NCBI GenBank assembly: GCA_050330955.1
Contig: JBHJHJ010000084.1
Coordinates: forward strand, 323 to 64,322
DNA: 64,000 bases
Direction: 5' to 3'
DNA from: Elainellaceae cyanobacterium
Lineage (GTDB): Bacteria; Cyanobacteriota; Cyanobacteriia; CAKZMO01
Shown here: piece by piece, positions 9,563 to 17,907 of the stretch
Layout: every line of letters starts with the position of its first letter
Position numbering within the stretch: position 1 is the stretch's first letter
Position numbers and translations under genes: made by a program
Notes under the pieces: model-generated
Told to the model about the DNA's origin: nothing
The model's database searches: none
What the model saw: only the letters and a program-made list of their open reading frames with translations

Positions 9563-10255
9563 ATGACCTTCGTACTGACTAACGACGACGGAATTGACGC
9601 CCCCGGTCTTCAATCCCTGAGGCAAGCGCTTGCCCTCTCCGGCATCGGCCAATCCGTCACAGTGGCCCCTAAGCACCCCCATTCTGGCTGCAGTCACCAG
9701 CTCACGCGGGGCCGCCCTATGGCCATCGAGCGCCGCTCAGAGAGCGAGATCGCCATAGACGGAACGCCAGCCGACTGCGCCCGTGTCGCCATCAGCGCCC
9801 TCGTGCCCAAGGCCCAATGGATTCTCTCTGGCATTAACGCGGGGGGAAACTTGGGGGCGGATGTGCATGTGTCGGGCACTGTGGCTGCCGTGCGGGAGGG
9901 CCTGCTGCACCGAGTTCCCGGCATCGCAGTTTCCCACTACATTAAGAATAGGCAGCCCATTGACTGGGATGCGGCTACGCGGCTGACGGCAGCGGTGCTC
10001 TCGCGACTCTTGAGCCAGCCCCAAGAGCCTGGCACATTTTGGAACGTGAACCTGCCCCACGTCAGCGCCGACATGCCCGAGCCAGACATTGTGTTTTGTA
10101 CCCTCTGCAGTCAACCGTTGCCGACCGCCTATAAAATTGAGGGCGGCAAAATCGCTTACGTGGGGAACTACAGCGATCGCCCCCGCGACAAGGGCTCCGA
10201 TGTGGACACCTGCTTTTCAGGTGCGATCGCCATCTCCCAGGTGCGGGTCTACTGA
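9563..10255 (+). CDS. surE: 5'/3'-nucleotidase SurE
   Basis: N-terminal FVLTNDDGIDAPGL hallmark, 230 aa, and the GINAGGNLG motif. Confidence 0.9.
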   Translation: MTFVLTNDDGIDAPGLQSLRQALALSGIGQSVTVAPKHPHSGCSHQLTRGRPMAIERRSESEIAIDGTPADCARVAISALVPKAQWILSGINAGGNLGADVHVSGTVAAVREGLLHRVPGIAVSHYIKNRQPIDWDAATRLTAAVLSRLLSQPQEPGTFWNVNLPHVSADMPEPDIVFCTLCSQPLPTAYKIEGGKIAYVGNYSDRPRDKGSDVDTCFSGAIAISQVRVY

Positions 10256-10264
10256 GGGATACCG

Positions 10265-12172
10265 ATGGCGCCTGGTTTGGCAGCACCCGACTCAGCGTCA
10301 GACAACCCGATGAACGAGACCTGCTACTGCCTGAACCGCACCTGCCCCCGTCCTGAGAACCCATTCAGCGCGACGCGGTGCGGCGGCTGTGGATCGCTGC
10401 TGCTGCTGGGCGATCGCTACCGAGCGCTAAAGCTTTTGGGCCAGGGGGCCACGGGGCGAACGCTGCTTGGGATAGATACCCGGCCCGACGGTGCGCTGGA
10501 CCAGCCGCAGAAACGCTGCGTGATTCAGCAGAGCTGGGCCGAAAATCACTTTAACCGCCGCCAATTCTCGCGATATGTCCGGCGCCTCAGCCAAATCAGC
10601 CAGCATCCCCAGGTACCCCAACTGCTCGACGTACTGATAGAGGGCGATCGCAGGTCTCTGATCTGGGAGTTCGCTGACGGCGTTTCTCTAGCGGCTCATC
10701 GAGCTGAAGCAGTCTCGTTCAGTGAGGTGCAGGTGCGCCATCTGCTCTGCAACCTCCTACCGGTGCTGGCAGTGGTCCATGAGGGCGGCCTGATCCACCG
10801 AGACGTGAAGCCCGAGAATATTATCCATGTCTTTCCCCAATGCCCCTGGCTGGTGGACTTTGGCGCTGCCGTCTCTATTGGGCACAGCACCGCGCCAGCG
10901 GGAGACGCCCGCTACGCCGCGCCGGAGCAACTATCTGGCGAGCCCGTATTTTCGAGCGATTTGTACAGCATAGGGATGATTGGCGCCGAGCTGTTGACGA
11001 TGGCGTCGCCCTTCGACCTCTATGCGGCAGCGCAAACCGATGGCGGGTGGCAGCAGTATTTAGCCACGCCGGTTAGCTCAGGTCTGGCGCAGATTTTGAC
11101 TCAACTGCTGCGACCGGCCCCCCAGCGCTACCGCACGGCTGCCGCAGTGCTGGCGGATTTACGGGCTTTGCCGGACCTTGAGCTTGCCCAACCGCCTCCA
11201 TCGTCAGTAACTATAAAATCAGCGACTGTGGAACAGGGAGTGCCCAGCAATGAGTGGACCTGCCGCCACAGATTAAAAGGTCACCGTGGACCTGTTACGG
11301 CGATCGCCGCCAGCGAGAGCTACGTGGTCAGCGGCGGCAGCGATGGCGCGATTCGCGTCTGGTCCTGGGCGGGGGAGTGTCGTCAGGTGATTCAAACCCC
11401 CTGGTTTGGCAAAGGCCACCGCGATCGCATCAGCACCCTCAGCATCAGCGGCGATGAGCTGACGCTTTTGAGTGGCAGCGATGACGGCACCTTGTGCGCC
11501 TGGTCTTTGGTGGACTACGGGCAGCAGACCTGCCTGCAGAGCCCCGCCTGGGGCGTGAGTGCGATCGCCGTTATGCCCCAGGTCTGGATTAGTGGTGACG
11601 CCAGCGGCGCCCTGCAGCTCTGGGACGAGGAGACTGGCCGAGCCATTGAGCGCTGGCAGTCGCACCAGGCTAAGGTCAGCGGTCTTGCCATTAGCCCCAA
11701 CCTCAAGATTCTGTTGAGCGGCAGCGCCGACGGCACCGTTGGCCTTTGGGACTTGGGTACAGCTCAGCGGCGCCATCAGCTTCAGGTCGGCGCCGCCGTT
11801 ACCGCTATGGCGGTGCTGCCCCGCTGGAACGTGCTCACTTTGGGAGATGACCAGGGACAGCTCCAGATTTGGGATTTGATTGAGATGAGGCGGCTGCGCA
11901 GCTTGGCGGCCCACCAAGGCCCCATCACTAGCGTGAGCGCCTCACCCCGTCAGCTTGCCAGCGGCGGCGACGACGGCCAGATTCACTTTTGGCAAATCCC
12001 CGGCGTTTCAGAGGGTTCGTTTGAGCAGCAGCTTTTGACGCACCCCCAGAGCCTGACGCGGCAGATTACCCGCTCCCACGACTGGTCCGTGAACGCGATC
12101 GCCTTTAAGCCAGCCGGAGATTGGCTCGCCAGCGGCAGCGCCGACGAGACGCTGTGCCTTTGGCGGCGATAA
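10265..12172 (+). CDS. Ser/Thr protein kinase with an N-terminal 4-Cys ribbon and C-terminal WD40 repeats
   Basis: CYCLNRTCP..RCGGCGS prefix. Kinase motifs HRDVKPENI, VDFGAA and YAAPEQ. At least seven WD-like repeats (GHRGPVTAIAAS..GSDGAIRVWS and others). Confidence 0.9.
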   Translation: MAPGLAAPDSASDNPMNETCYCLNRTCPRPENPFSATRCGGCGSLLLLGDRYRALKLLGQGATGRTLLGIDTRPDGALDQPQKRCVIQQSWAENHFNRRQFSRYVRRLSQISQHPQVPQLLDVLIEGDRRSLIWEFADGVSLAAHRAEAVSFSEVQVRHLLCNLLPVLAVVHEGGLIHRDVKPENIIHVFPQCPWLVDFGAAVSIGHSTAPAGDARYAAPEQLSGEPVFSSDLYSIGMIGAELLTMASPFDLYAAAQTDGGWQQYLATPVSSGLAQILTQLLRPAPQRYRTAAAVLADLRALPDLELAQPPPSSVTIKSATVEQGVPSNEWTCRHRLKGHRGPVTAIAASESYVVSGGSDGAIRVWSWAGECRQVIQTPWFGKGHRDRISTLSISGDELTLLSGSDDGTLCAWSLVDYGQQTCLQSPAWGVSAIAVMPQVWISGDASGALQLWDEETGRAIERWQSHQAKVSGLAISPNLKILLSGSADGTVGLWDLGTAQRRHQLQVGAAVTAMAVLPRWNVLTLGDDQGQLQIWDLIEMRRLRSLAAHQGPITSVSASPRQLASGGDDGQIHFWQIPGVSEGSFEQQLLTHPQSLTRQITRSHDWSVNAIAFKPAGDWLASGSADETLCLWRR

Positions 12173-12198
12173 ATCTAACCCCTTACGAGAACGCCGAG

Positions 12199-13371
12199 CT
12201 ACTTCGCGCCAAACCCGAGGCCGCGATTTTTAGACGGCATACACACGCAGGCTTCGATCTGCGATCGCAGGGTCTCGTGGTCGAGGTCTTGGCCGATGAG
12301 GACGAGCTGCAGCTTGGGCTCGCCTTTCCACTGCTCGTCATCTAGGGTAAAGCGCTTGCCGCTGAGGTGGAAGATGTGACGCTTAGGGCTTTCGTCAAAC
12401 CACAGGATGCCCTTTGCCCGAAAGACGTTTTCCGGAAGCTGGTTGTCTAAGAAATTCTGGAACTTGCGAATAGCGAAAGGCTTGTCGCTCTGGAAAGAGA
12501 GCGACGTAAAGCCATCGTTTTCTAGGTGGTGGGAGTGGTGGTCGTGGTTGTGATGGTCATGATCGTGGTGGTCGTGATCGCAGTCATGGTGGGCCTCGTG
12601 GTCGTGGGCGTCGTGATCATGGGCCTTATGTCCATGAGCGCCGTGATCATGAGCATCATGATCGTGGCTGGCTTCCTTAGAGTCTTTGAAATACTGCTCC
12701 GATTCAAACAGGCCCACGCTCAGAATGAGCGGCAGCGGTACCTTACACTGGCTAGTTTTCAAAATGCGGGCGTCTGCCTTCACCTTGCGCAGGCTGTCTT
12801 CCAGATAGGCTAGCCGCGCCTCGTCAACCAGGTCGGTTTTGTTGAGCAGAATCGTGTCGCCGTAGGCCACCTGATTTTGTGCCGCCTCGCTGTTGAACAG
12901 GTCGAGACTATAGTTCTCGGCGTCGACCACGGTCACGATAGAATCCAGCCGGGTCATATCCCGCAGCTCAGTGCCCAAGAAGGTCAGCGCCACCGGCAGC
13001 GGATCTGCTAGCCCCGTGGTCTCTACCACGAGGTAGTCCACATTATCTTGACGCTCCAGCACCCGATGGACGGCCTCCATCAGGTCATTGTTGATGGTGC
13101 AGCAAATACAGCCGTTGCTCAGCTCTACCATGCCGCTGTCGTCACCCGCCTCGACAATCAAATCATTGTCAATGCCAATTTCCCCAAATTCATTAACCAA
13201 AACCGCCGTCTTCAGGTTTTCCTGGTTGGTCAAGATGTGATTGAGCAACGTCGTCTTACCGCTGCCTAGAAAGCCTGTGATGATGGTGACCGGCAAACCG
13301 CGCTTTTCAATCTGCATCGCGGGTCCCGGTGCTGGCGTCTGGCTATTTTGGGGCGTTGCCATAGATGTCAT
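12199..13371 (-). CDS. COG0523-family GTPase metallochaperone (CobW/ZigA-like) with a His-rich insert
   Basis: Walker A GFLGSGKTTLLNHIL, the CxCC motif GCICCT, and a His-rich tract at aa 236-282. Confidence 0.9.
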   Translation of the reverse strand: MTSMATPQNSQTPAPGPAMQIEKRGLPVTIITGFLGSGKTTLLNHILTNQENLKTAVLVNEFGEIGIDNDLIVEAGDDSGMVELSNGCICCTINNDLMEAVHRVLERQDNVDYLVVETTGLADPLPVALTFLGTELRDMTRLDSIVTVVDAENYSLDLFNSEAAQNQVAYGDTILLNKTDLVDEARLAYLEDSLRKVKADARILKTSQCKVPLPLILSVGLFESEQYFKDSKEASHDHDAHDHGAHGHKAHDHDAHDHEAHHDCDHDHHDHDHHNHDHHSHHLENDGFTSLSFQSDKPFAIRKFQNFLDNQLPENVFRAKGILWFDESPKRHIFHLSGKRFTLDDEQWKGEPKLQLVLIGQDLDHETLRSQIEACVCMPSKNRGLGFGAK

Positions 13372-13663
13372 ATCGTTTTACCAATGTGCAGGTCTTTTTT
13401 TACAGGTCTTCGCTGGGATAGATCTTTGGGGAAATAACTTAACGCAGTTCGCCAGCTCATTGACTAGCTCATTGTAGATTGTAGCGATTTAAGTCGCTGC
13501 CGGTTGGCTCGGCGGGCATGGGGCAGATGGACCGACGTAATCACAGCTTAGGGGCTTATTCCCTTCCTGAGCTGATAAGTCCCTCTAGAGACAGGTGGTG
13601 CTAGACGGCGATCGCCTATAGTGTATTTGCGTAAACCTGAAGACGAGTTTTCGTGAGGCTATT

Positions 13664-13999
13664 ATGGGATTTCTGGGTAAGCTGTTCGGCAAGAAAGAAG
13701 AAGAGAAGGCGGCCAAGACGCCCAACGTTGACGTTAAGCAGAAAGCTAGCGAGAAGTCGATTCCCCCTGAGAAGGTTGGGCTCGACGGCGAATTTGACGA
13801 AAGCGGTCTAGCGAAGCGCGTTGCCAAGGCGCTCGACGATGCGGGCATTTCAGATAACGTTGGCCTTTGGGTCGCTCAAAGCGGGAGCACCGTCGTCCTC
13901 AAGTACAACTCCGATGCAGAAGCGGCCCTAAGCCGTGCGCAAGAAGTTGCCCGGGGCGTTGAGGGCGCGACCTACGTCAAGACTGAGCCCAATACCTAA
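13664..13999 (+). CDS. Hypothetical protein, 111 aa
   Basis: ORF followed by a strong hairpin terminator. No recognisable motif. Confidence 0.55.
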   Translation: MGFLGKLFGKKEEEKAAKTPNVDVKQKASEKSIPPEKVGLDGEFDESGLAKRVAKALDDAGISDNVGLWVAQSGSTVVLKYNSDAEAALSRAQEVARGVEGATYVKTEPNT

Positions 14000-14037
14000 T
14001 CGCGGGTTTTAGGGTCACGTTTTTTAGAATCAAGAAA

Positions 14038-14075
14038 GCAAGGCGCCGCCGTGAATATTTACGGCGGCGCCTTGC
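14038..14075. terminator. Bidirectional intrinsic-terminator-like hairpin (14-bp perfect stem, 10-nt loop)
   Basis: gcaaggcgccgccg (14038-14051) and cggcggcgccttgc (14062-14075). It lies between the convergent ORFs ending at 13999 (+) and 14102 (-). Confidence 0.75.
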
Positions 14076-14101
14076 TGCATCTAGTTTTCTAAACCGTCAG
14101 G

Positions 14102-14443
14102 CTATCGCCACTCTCGATTGCCTTCGTCATCGGTTCGCGCCTCACGAATAACATCAGAAATTTCCTCCGCGTCCTTGACGTGGTGCAACGCCTCCTTGTC
14201 GCCTTCTTCGCCCTCTACGACGAAGTACGTCGGCACGGTGATGTGGTCTCCTGTCACATCGGGGGCGTTGACCGCCACCTGCTTCGCCTTCTCTTCCAAG
14301 GACTGGGAGCCATCGACGCGATCGCCAGGGTTTAGGGCCGAGTTGGGGTTCTGCGCCAGCTTTTTCTGTTGAGCTTCGTGCTGCTCCGGAGACACGTCCT
14401 CGGGCTGAGTCGGCTGGTTAAGCGTGTTTTCAGAATTACTCAT
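14102..14443 (-). CDS. Hypothetical acidic protein (about 113 aa)
   Basis: I prefer the start at the ATG at 14443 (MSNSENTLNQ). The longer ORF to 14545 adds an unlikely leader. Confidence 0.5.
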   Translation of the reverse strand: MSNSENTLNQPTQPEDVSPEQHEAQQKKLAQNPNSALNPGDRVDGSQSLEEKAKQVAVNAPDVTGDHITVPTYFVVEGEEGDKEALHHVKDAEEISDVIREARTDDEGNREWR

Positions 14444-14628
14444 CGTTAAGATAATACTTAATTTTTCACCACCCCCTACAATATGAGGTGCGGTTGTCAC
14501 CTCTCGTCTTTCCAGCGAAATAGTTATGGGTGTGCTAGCCCCCAATTGCGCCGAGCGATCGCCTGCGCTGGTCGTCCGCCCGCCTTACCCTGCTTAATAG
14601 TGCTGAGCTTGGTCTGAAAGAGTCAGCT

Positions 14629-17600
14629 ATGGATTTTACCGACGTATTTATCTCCTACGGGCGCGCTGACAGCAAGGCCTTTGCTGCCAAACTTGAGCAA
14701 TATCTGCTTGCTGCAGGACTGAGAGTTTGGGTCGATTTCAACGATATTCCCTCAGGCGTTGACTACCAGAAGCAAATCGACGCCGGCATCGACCGAGCCG
14801 ATAACTTTATTTTTGTGATTTCGCCCCACTCGGTCAATTCAGTCTACTGCCTCAAGGAGATTGAGCACGCCCTCAAACGCAATAAGCGCATCGTGCCCCT
14901 GCTCCATGTTGAGGCGATTACCCGAGAGACTTGGAATCAGCGCCACCCCGAAGGTACTGCTGCTGAGTGGGAAGCCTACCAGGCCGCAGGTAAGCACTCT
15001 AGCCACGGGAACCTTCACCCGGACATCAGCAAAATTAACTGGGTTTGCTTTCGAGACGGCCTGGATGACTTTGAGCAAGCCTGCCAAAACTTGCTTCATG
15101 CGCTGGATCGCCACAAAGACTACATTCGCCAGCACACCGTTCTGCTGGTCCATGCGCTCACCTGGGCCAAAAATCAGAGGCAAACGCGCTACTTGCTCGT
15201 AGCCGAGGCCCGAGAGCAGGCAGAAGCCTGGCTCCTCCAGCGCTTTAAGGAACAAGCGCCCTGTACTCCGACAGACCTCCACTGCGAGTTCATCGCCGAG
15301 AGCATTAAAAACGCCAACAATCTGCTGACGCAGGTGTTTGTCGCCCACGCCGAGCAGGACGTTGAGGTGATGGAGACCATTCGGCGATCGCTCTGGCGAC
15401 AGGGATTCACGGTTTGGACTCGCCAAACGGATATTCAGACTGGAGAAGACTTCCAGAGCGCCGTTGACCGCGGCATTGAACAGGCAGACAACGTTGTCTG
15501 TTTACTCTCTCCTGCCGCCCTGCAGTCCGCCAACTGTCAGCGCGAGCTGAACTATGCCTTGGCATTCCACAAGCGGGTCATTCCTGTGCTCGTTGAAGCT
15601 ACTGACGCCACCGTTATCCCATCAGTTTTGCGGGATCTGCAGTACATCGATTTGACGGACAACGTGCTAGAAGCTGACTACCTGCTGGACGAAAGCCAGC
15701 TTCTGAGGGTGCTGCAACAAGACGCGACTTATTATCAAGAGCATAAGATCCTTCTGACTAAAGCTCTGAGGTGGACCCGTCAGGACCGTAATCCCAGCAT
15801 GCTATTGCGCGGGTATAATCTGCGCCATGCCGAGGCCTGGTTAAAGACCGCTGAAAGCCGGACTCAGCATCGGCCCACAGCAATTCAAGCCGAGTTTGTT
15901 CGGGCCAGTTTAAACCATACGCAGCCCGACTCTTTAGACGTTTTTATATCCTATTCCCGGGCCGATGCTGATCTAGCGCGGCGCTTGAATGAGGCCCTGC
16001 AAATTCAAAATAAGACCACCTGGTTTGACCAAGAGAGTATTGCCTCCGGCGCTGACTTTCAGCAAGAGATCAACCGGGGCATTGAAATCTCAGACCATTT
16101 CCTGTTTATCCTCTCTCCCCGTGCAGTGCGATCGCCCTACTGCATCGAGGAGGTATCCTACGCCGCTAAGCTCAACAAGCGCATCGTTACGGTGCTGCAC
16201 CACTCAGTGGATAGCGACGAGCTACCTCCCCAGTTGGCGAAGATACAGTGGATAGACTTTAGGTCCAGCAGTAGCTTTACCGCCAGCTTTAAAGAGCTCA
16301 TCCGCACCCTGGACACGGATGTAGCCCACCTGCGAATGCACACCCGCCTGCTGACGCGAGCCATTGAGTGGAAGCAGGAAAATTTTGACCGTAGCCTGCT
16401 GCTGCGGGGCAAACCCCTGGCCCGGGCCCATCAGTGGCTGACGCAGGCAGAAGATAAATATCCGCCCCCTACGGAGCTGCACGTTGATTTCATCATTACC
16501 AGCCTTGGTCCGTCCTACTATCTGAGGGCTCAAGGTCCCAAAATCAAGTTTCGCTGGGTGGTTTTAATTGGCGTTATTGTCGCCCTTCTCGTAGAAGTGA
16601 CTCGCCTGCTGGGATGGACTCAGGGGCTAGAACTCGCGGCGTATGACCAGCTTTTGCGCATGCGCCTCAGCGAGCCGCAGGATGATCGCCTTCTCATTGT
16701 TCAGGTCGATCAGAACAGCGTCCGCTGGCTGAAGGAGAGCATGATTGCGGGAAAATATCAGCCCGGGATTGGCACTATCCCCGACCGGGCGCTGGCCGAT
16801 GCCATCGAGTACCTCAATGACAACGGGGCCCGGCTCATTGGCCTCCACGTTCACCGAGACTTTCCGGCAGGGCCCAACCTAACGCGGCAGTTTCAGCAAC
16901 TCGATAACCTAATTGCTATCTGCTGGCACGGGGGCAATTCAGACAGCGGAATCACTCCTCCCGATGAGGTGCCCATAGCGCGGGTCGGCTTTGACGATCT
17001 GCTGAGTGATGAGAGCGGCGAAATTCGCCGGTACCTGCTGAAACGGGCCGCCAATCGGGACTTTTGCGAGACCCAAGACAGCTTTAGCCTGGCGCTGGCC
17101 CGGCGATACCTTGCCCAAGCGGGACTGAGCTATACCGACCCACAGGAGGAAAATCCCGATTTAAAGTTAGGTCAAGTCACAGTTCCTCAGCTCTATCGAG
17201 GCAACAGCGGCGGCTACCGGCGGCAGGTTGAAGGCCCTGATGGGACCGGCGGAACCTTCGGCGGGTACCAGGTTCTGATTAACTTTCGCCAGCATGAGGG
17301 GGATCCAAACCGATTCGCTCCCATTGTCACCTTAGAGGCCGTGTTAGAAGGCGAGGTTTCTCCTAGGCAGATTGCCGATCGCATTATCGTCATCGGTCTT
17401 TCAAACCAAAATGCGAGCTATTTTGATACGCCCTATGGCCGCATGCCCGCCATCGTCCTGCAGGGGCAGATGATTAGCCAGCTGATCAGCGCAGCGCTAG
17501 AGGGGCGATCGCTGATTTGGTCCTGGTCACCGGGGGGAGAGTGGCTGTGGATTTTAGGCTGGTCTTTAATGGGGGGACAGGCTCTATGGGGCTGCCGGCG

Positions 17601-17868
17601 GCTACGAGCGGGCTGTGCCGTGGCGGTAGGTAGCGCGCTGCTGCTGTTTGGCGTTTGCTATTTTGTGCTGGTTCAGTTCGGAGGCTGGATTCCGCTGGTG
17701 CCACCGGCGCTGGCGATGCTGGGCACTGGGCTGTGGGTCGGGCATCTGACGTCTCGCCTACGCCTGCGCAAGCTGGCTGAGACGAACCAAAGGCTACTGA
17801 GGATCAATCACAAAAGCGATCGCAATTCTATCCAAGATAACCTGACGCGACGTAAAGATTTTGCGTAA
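14629..17868 (+). CDS. Membrane protein with three tandem N-terminal TIR modules fused to a CHASE2 ectodomain
   Basis: TIR starts DVFISYGRAD (aa 5), QVFVAHAEQD (aa 235) and LDVFISYSRAD (aa 436). TM helix at about aa 642-662. CHASE2-like start LELAAYDQLLRMRLSEPQDDRLLIVQVD. Three C-terminal TM helices (about aa 965-1050). No kinase or cyclase output. Confidence 0.85.
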   Translation: MDFTDVFISYGRADSKAFAAKLEQYLLAAGLRVWVDFNDIPSGVDYQKQIDAGIDRADNFIFVISPHSVNSVYCLKEIEHALKRNKRIVPLLHVEAITRETWNQRHPEGTAAEWEAYQAAGKHSSHGNLHPDISKINWVCFRDGLDDFEQACQNLLHALDRHKDYIRQHTVLLVHALTWAKNQRQTRYLLVAEAREQAEAWLLQRFKEQAPCTPTDLHCEFIAESIKNANNLLTQVFVAHAEQDVEVMETIRRSLWRQGFTVWTRQTDIQTGEDFQSAVDRGIEQADNVVCLLSPAALQSANCQRELNYALAFHKRVIPVLVEATDATVIPSVLRDLQYIDLTDNVLEADYLLDESQLLRVLQQDATYYQEHKILLTKALRWTRQDRNPSMLLRGYNLRHAEAWLKTAESRTQHRPTAIQAEFVRASLNHTQPDSLDVFISYSRADADLARRLNEALQIQNKTTWFDQESIASGADFQQEINRGIEISDHFLFILSPRAVRSPYCIEEVSYAAKLNKRIVTVLHHSVDSDELPPQLAKIQWIDFRSSSSFTASFKELIRTLDTDVAHLRMHTRLLTRAIEWKQENFDRSLLLRGKPLARAHQWLTQAEDKYPPPTELHVDFIITSLGPSYYLRAQGPKIKFRWVVLIGVIVALLVEVTRLLGWTQGLELAAYDQLLRMRLSEPQDDRLLIVQVDQNSVRWLKESMIAGKYQPGIGTIPDRALADAIEYLNDNGARLIGLHVHRDFPAGPNLTRQFQQLDNLIAICWHGGNSDSGITPPDEVPIARVGFDDLLSDESGEIRRYLLKRAANRDFCETQDSFSLALARRYLAQAGLSYTDPQEENPDLKLGQVTVPQLYRGNSGGYRRQVEGPDGTGGTFGGYQVLINFRQHEGDPNRFAPIVTLEAVLEGEVSPRQIADRIIVIGLSNQNASYFDTPYGRMPAIVLQGQMISQLISAALEGRSLIWSWSPGGEWLWILGWSLMGGQALWGCRRLRAGCAVAVGSALLLFGVCYFVLVQFGGWIPLVPPALAMLGTGLWVGHLTSRLRLRKLAETNQRLLRINHKSDRNSIQDNLTRRKDFA
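14638..15108 (+). other. TIR module 1 (domain-level annotation)
   Basis: DVFISYGRAD..FIFVISPHSVNSVYCLKEIEHAL. The C-x-x-E Glu is at aa 77. Confidence 0.7.
15331..15723 (+). other. TIR module 2 (domain-level annotation)
   Basis: QVFVAHAEQD..VVCLLSPAALQSANCQRELNYAL. The C-x-x-E Glu is at aa 306. Confidence 0.65.
15934..16314 (+). other. TIR module 3 (domain-level annotation)
   Basis: LDVFISYSRAD..FLFILSPRAVRSPYCIEEVSYAA. The C-x-x-E Glu is at aa 508. Confidence 0.7.
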
Positions 17869-17907
17869 ACCGATGCAGTCCCGATTCATTACGACTTAAA
17901 TAAAGCT

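Noticed and set aside
12522-12813. ORFs 12522..12707 (-) and 12526..12813 (+), which encode Thr/Ile/Met-rich or Val-rich peptides.
   Set aside because: They are frame artefacts of the repetitive CAT/GAT-rich DNA that encodes the His-rich tract of the COG0523 protein.
13372-13663. A possible Zur box upstream of the COG0523 gene.
   Set aside because: I found only a short direct repeat (agctcattg twice) and no AT-rich palindrome resembling Fur-family boxes. I cannot support a call without a matrix scan.
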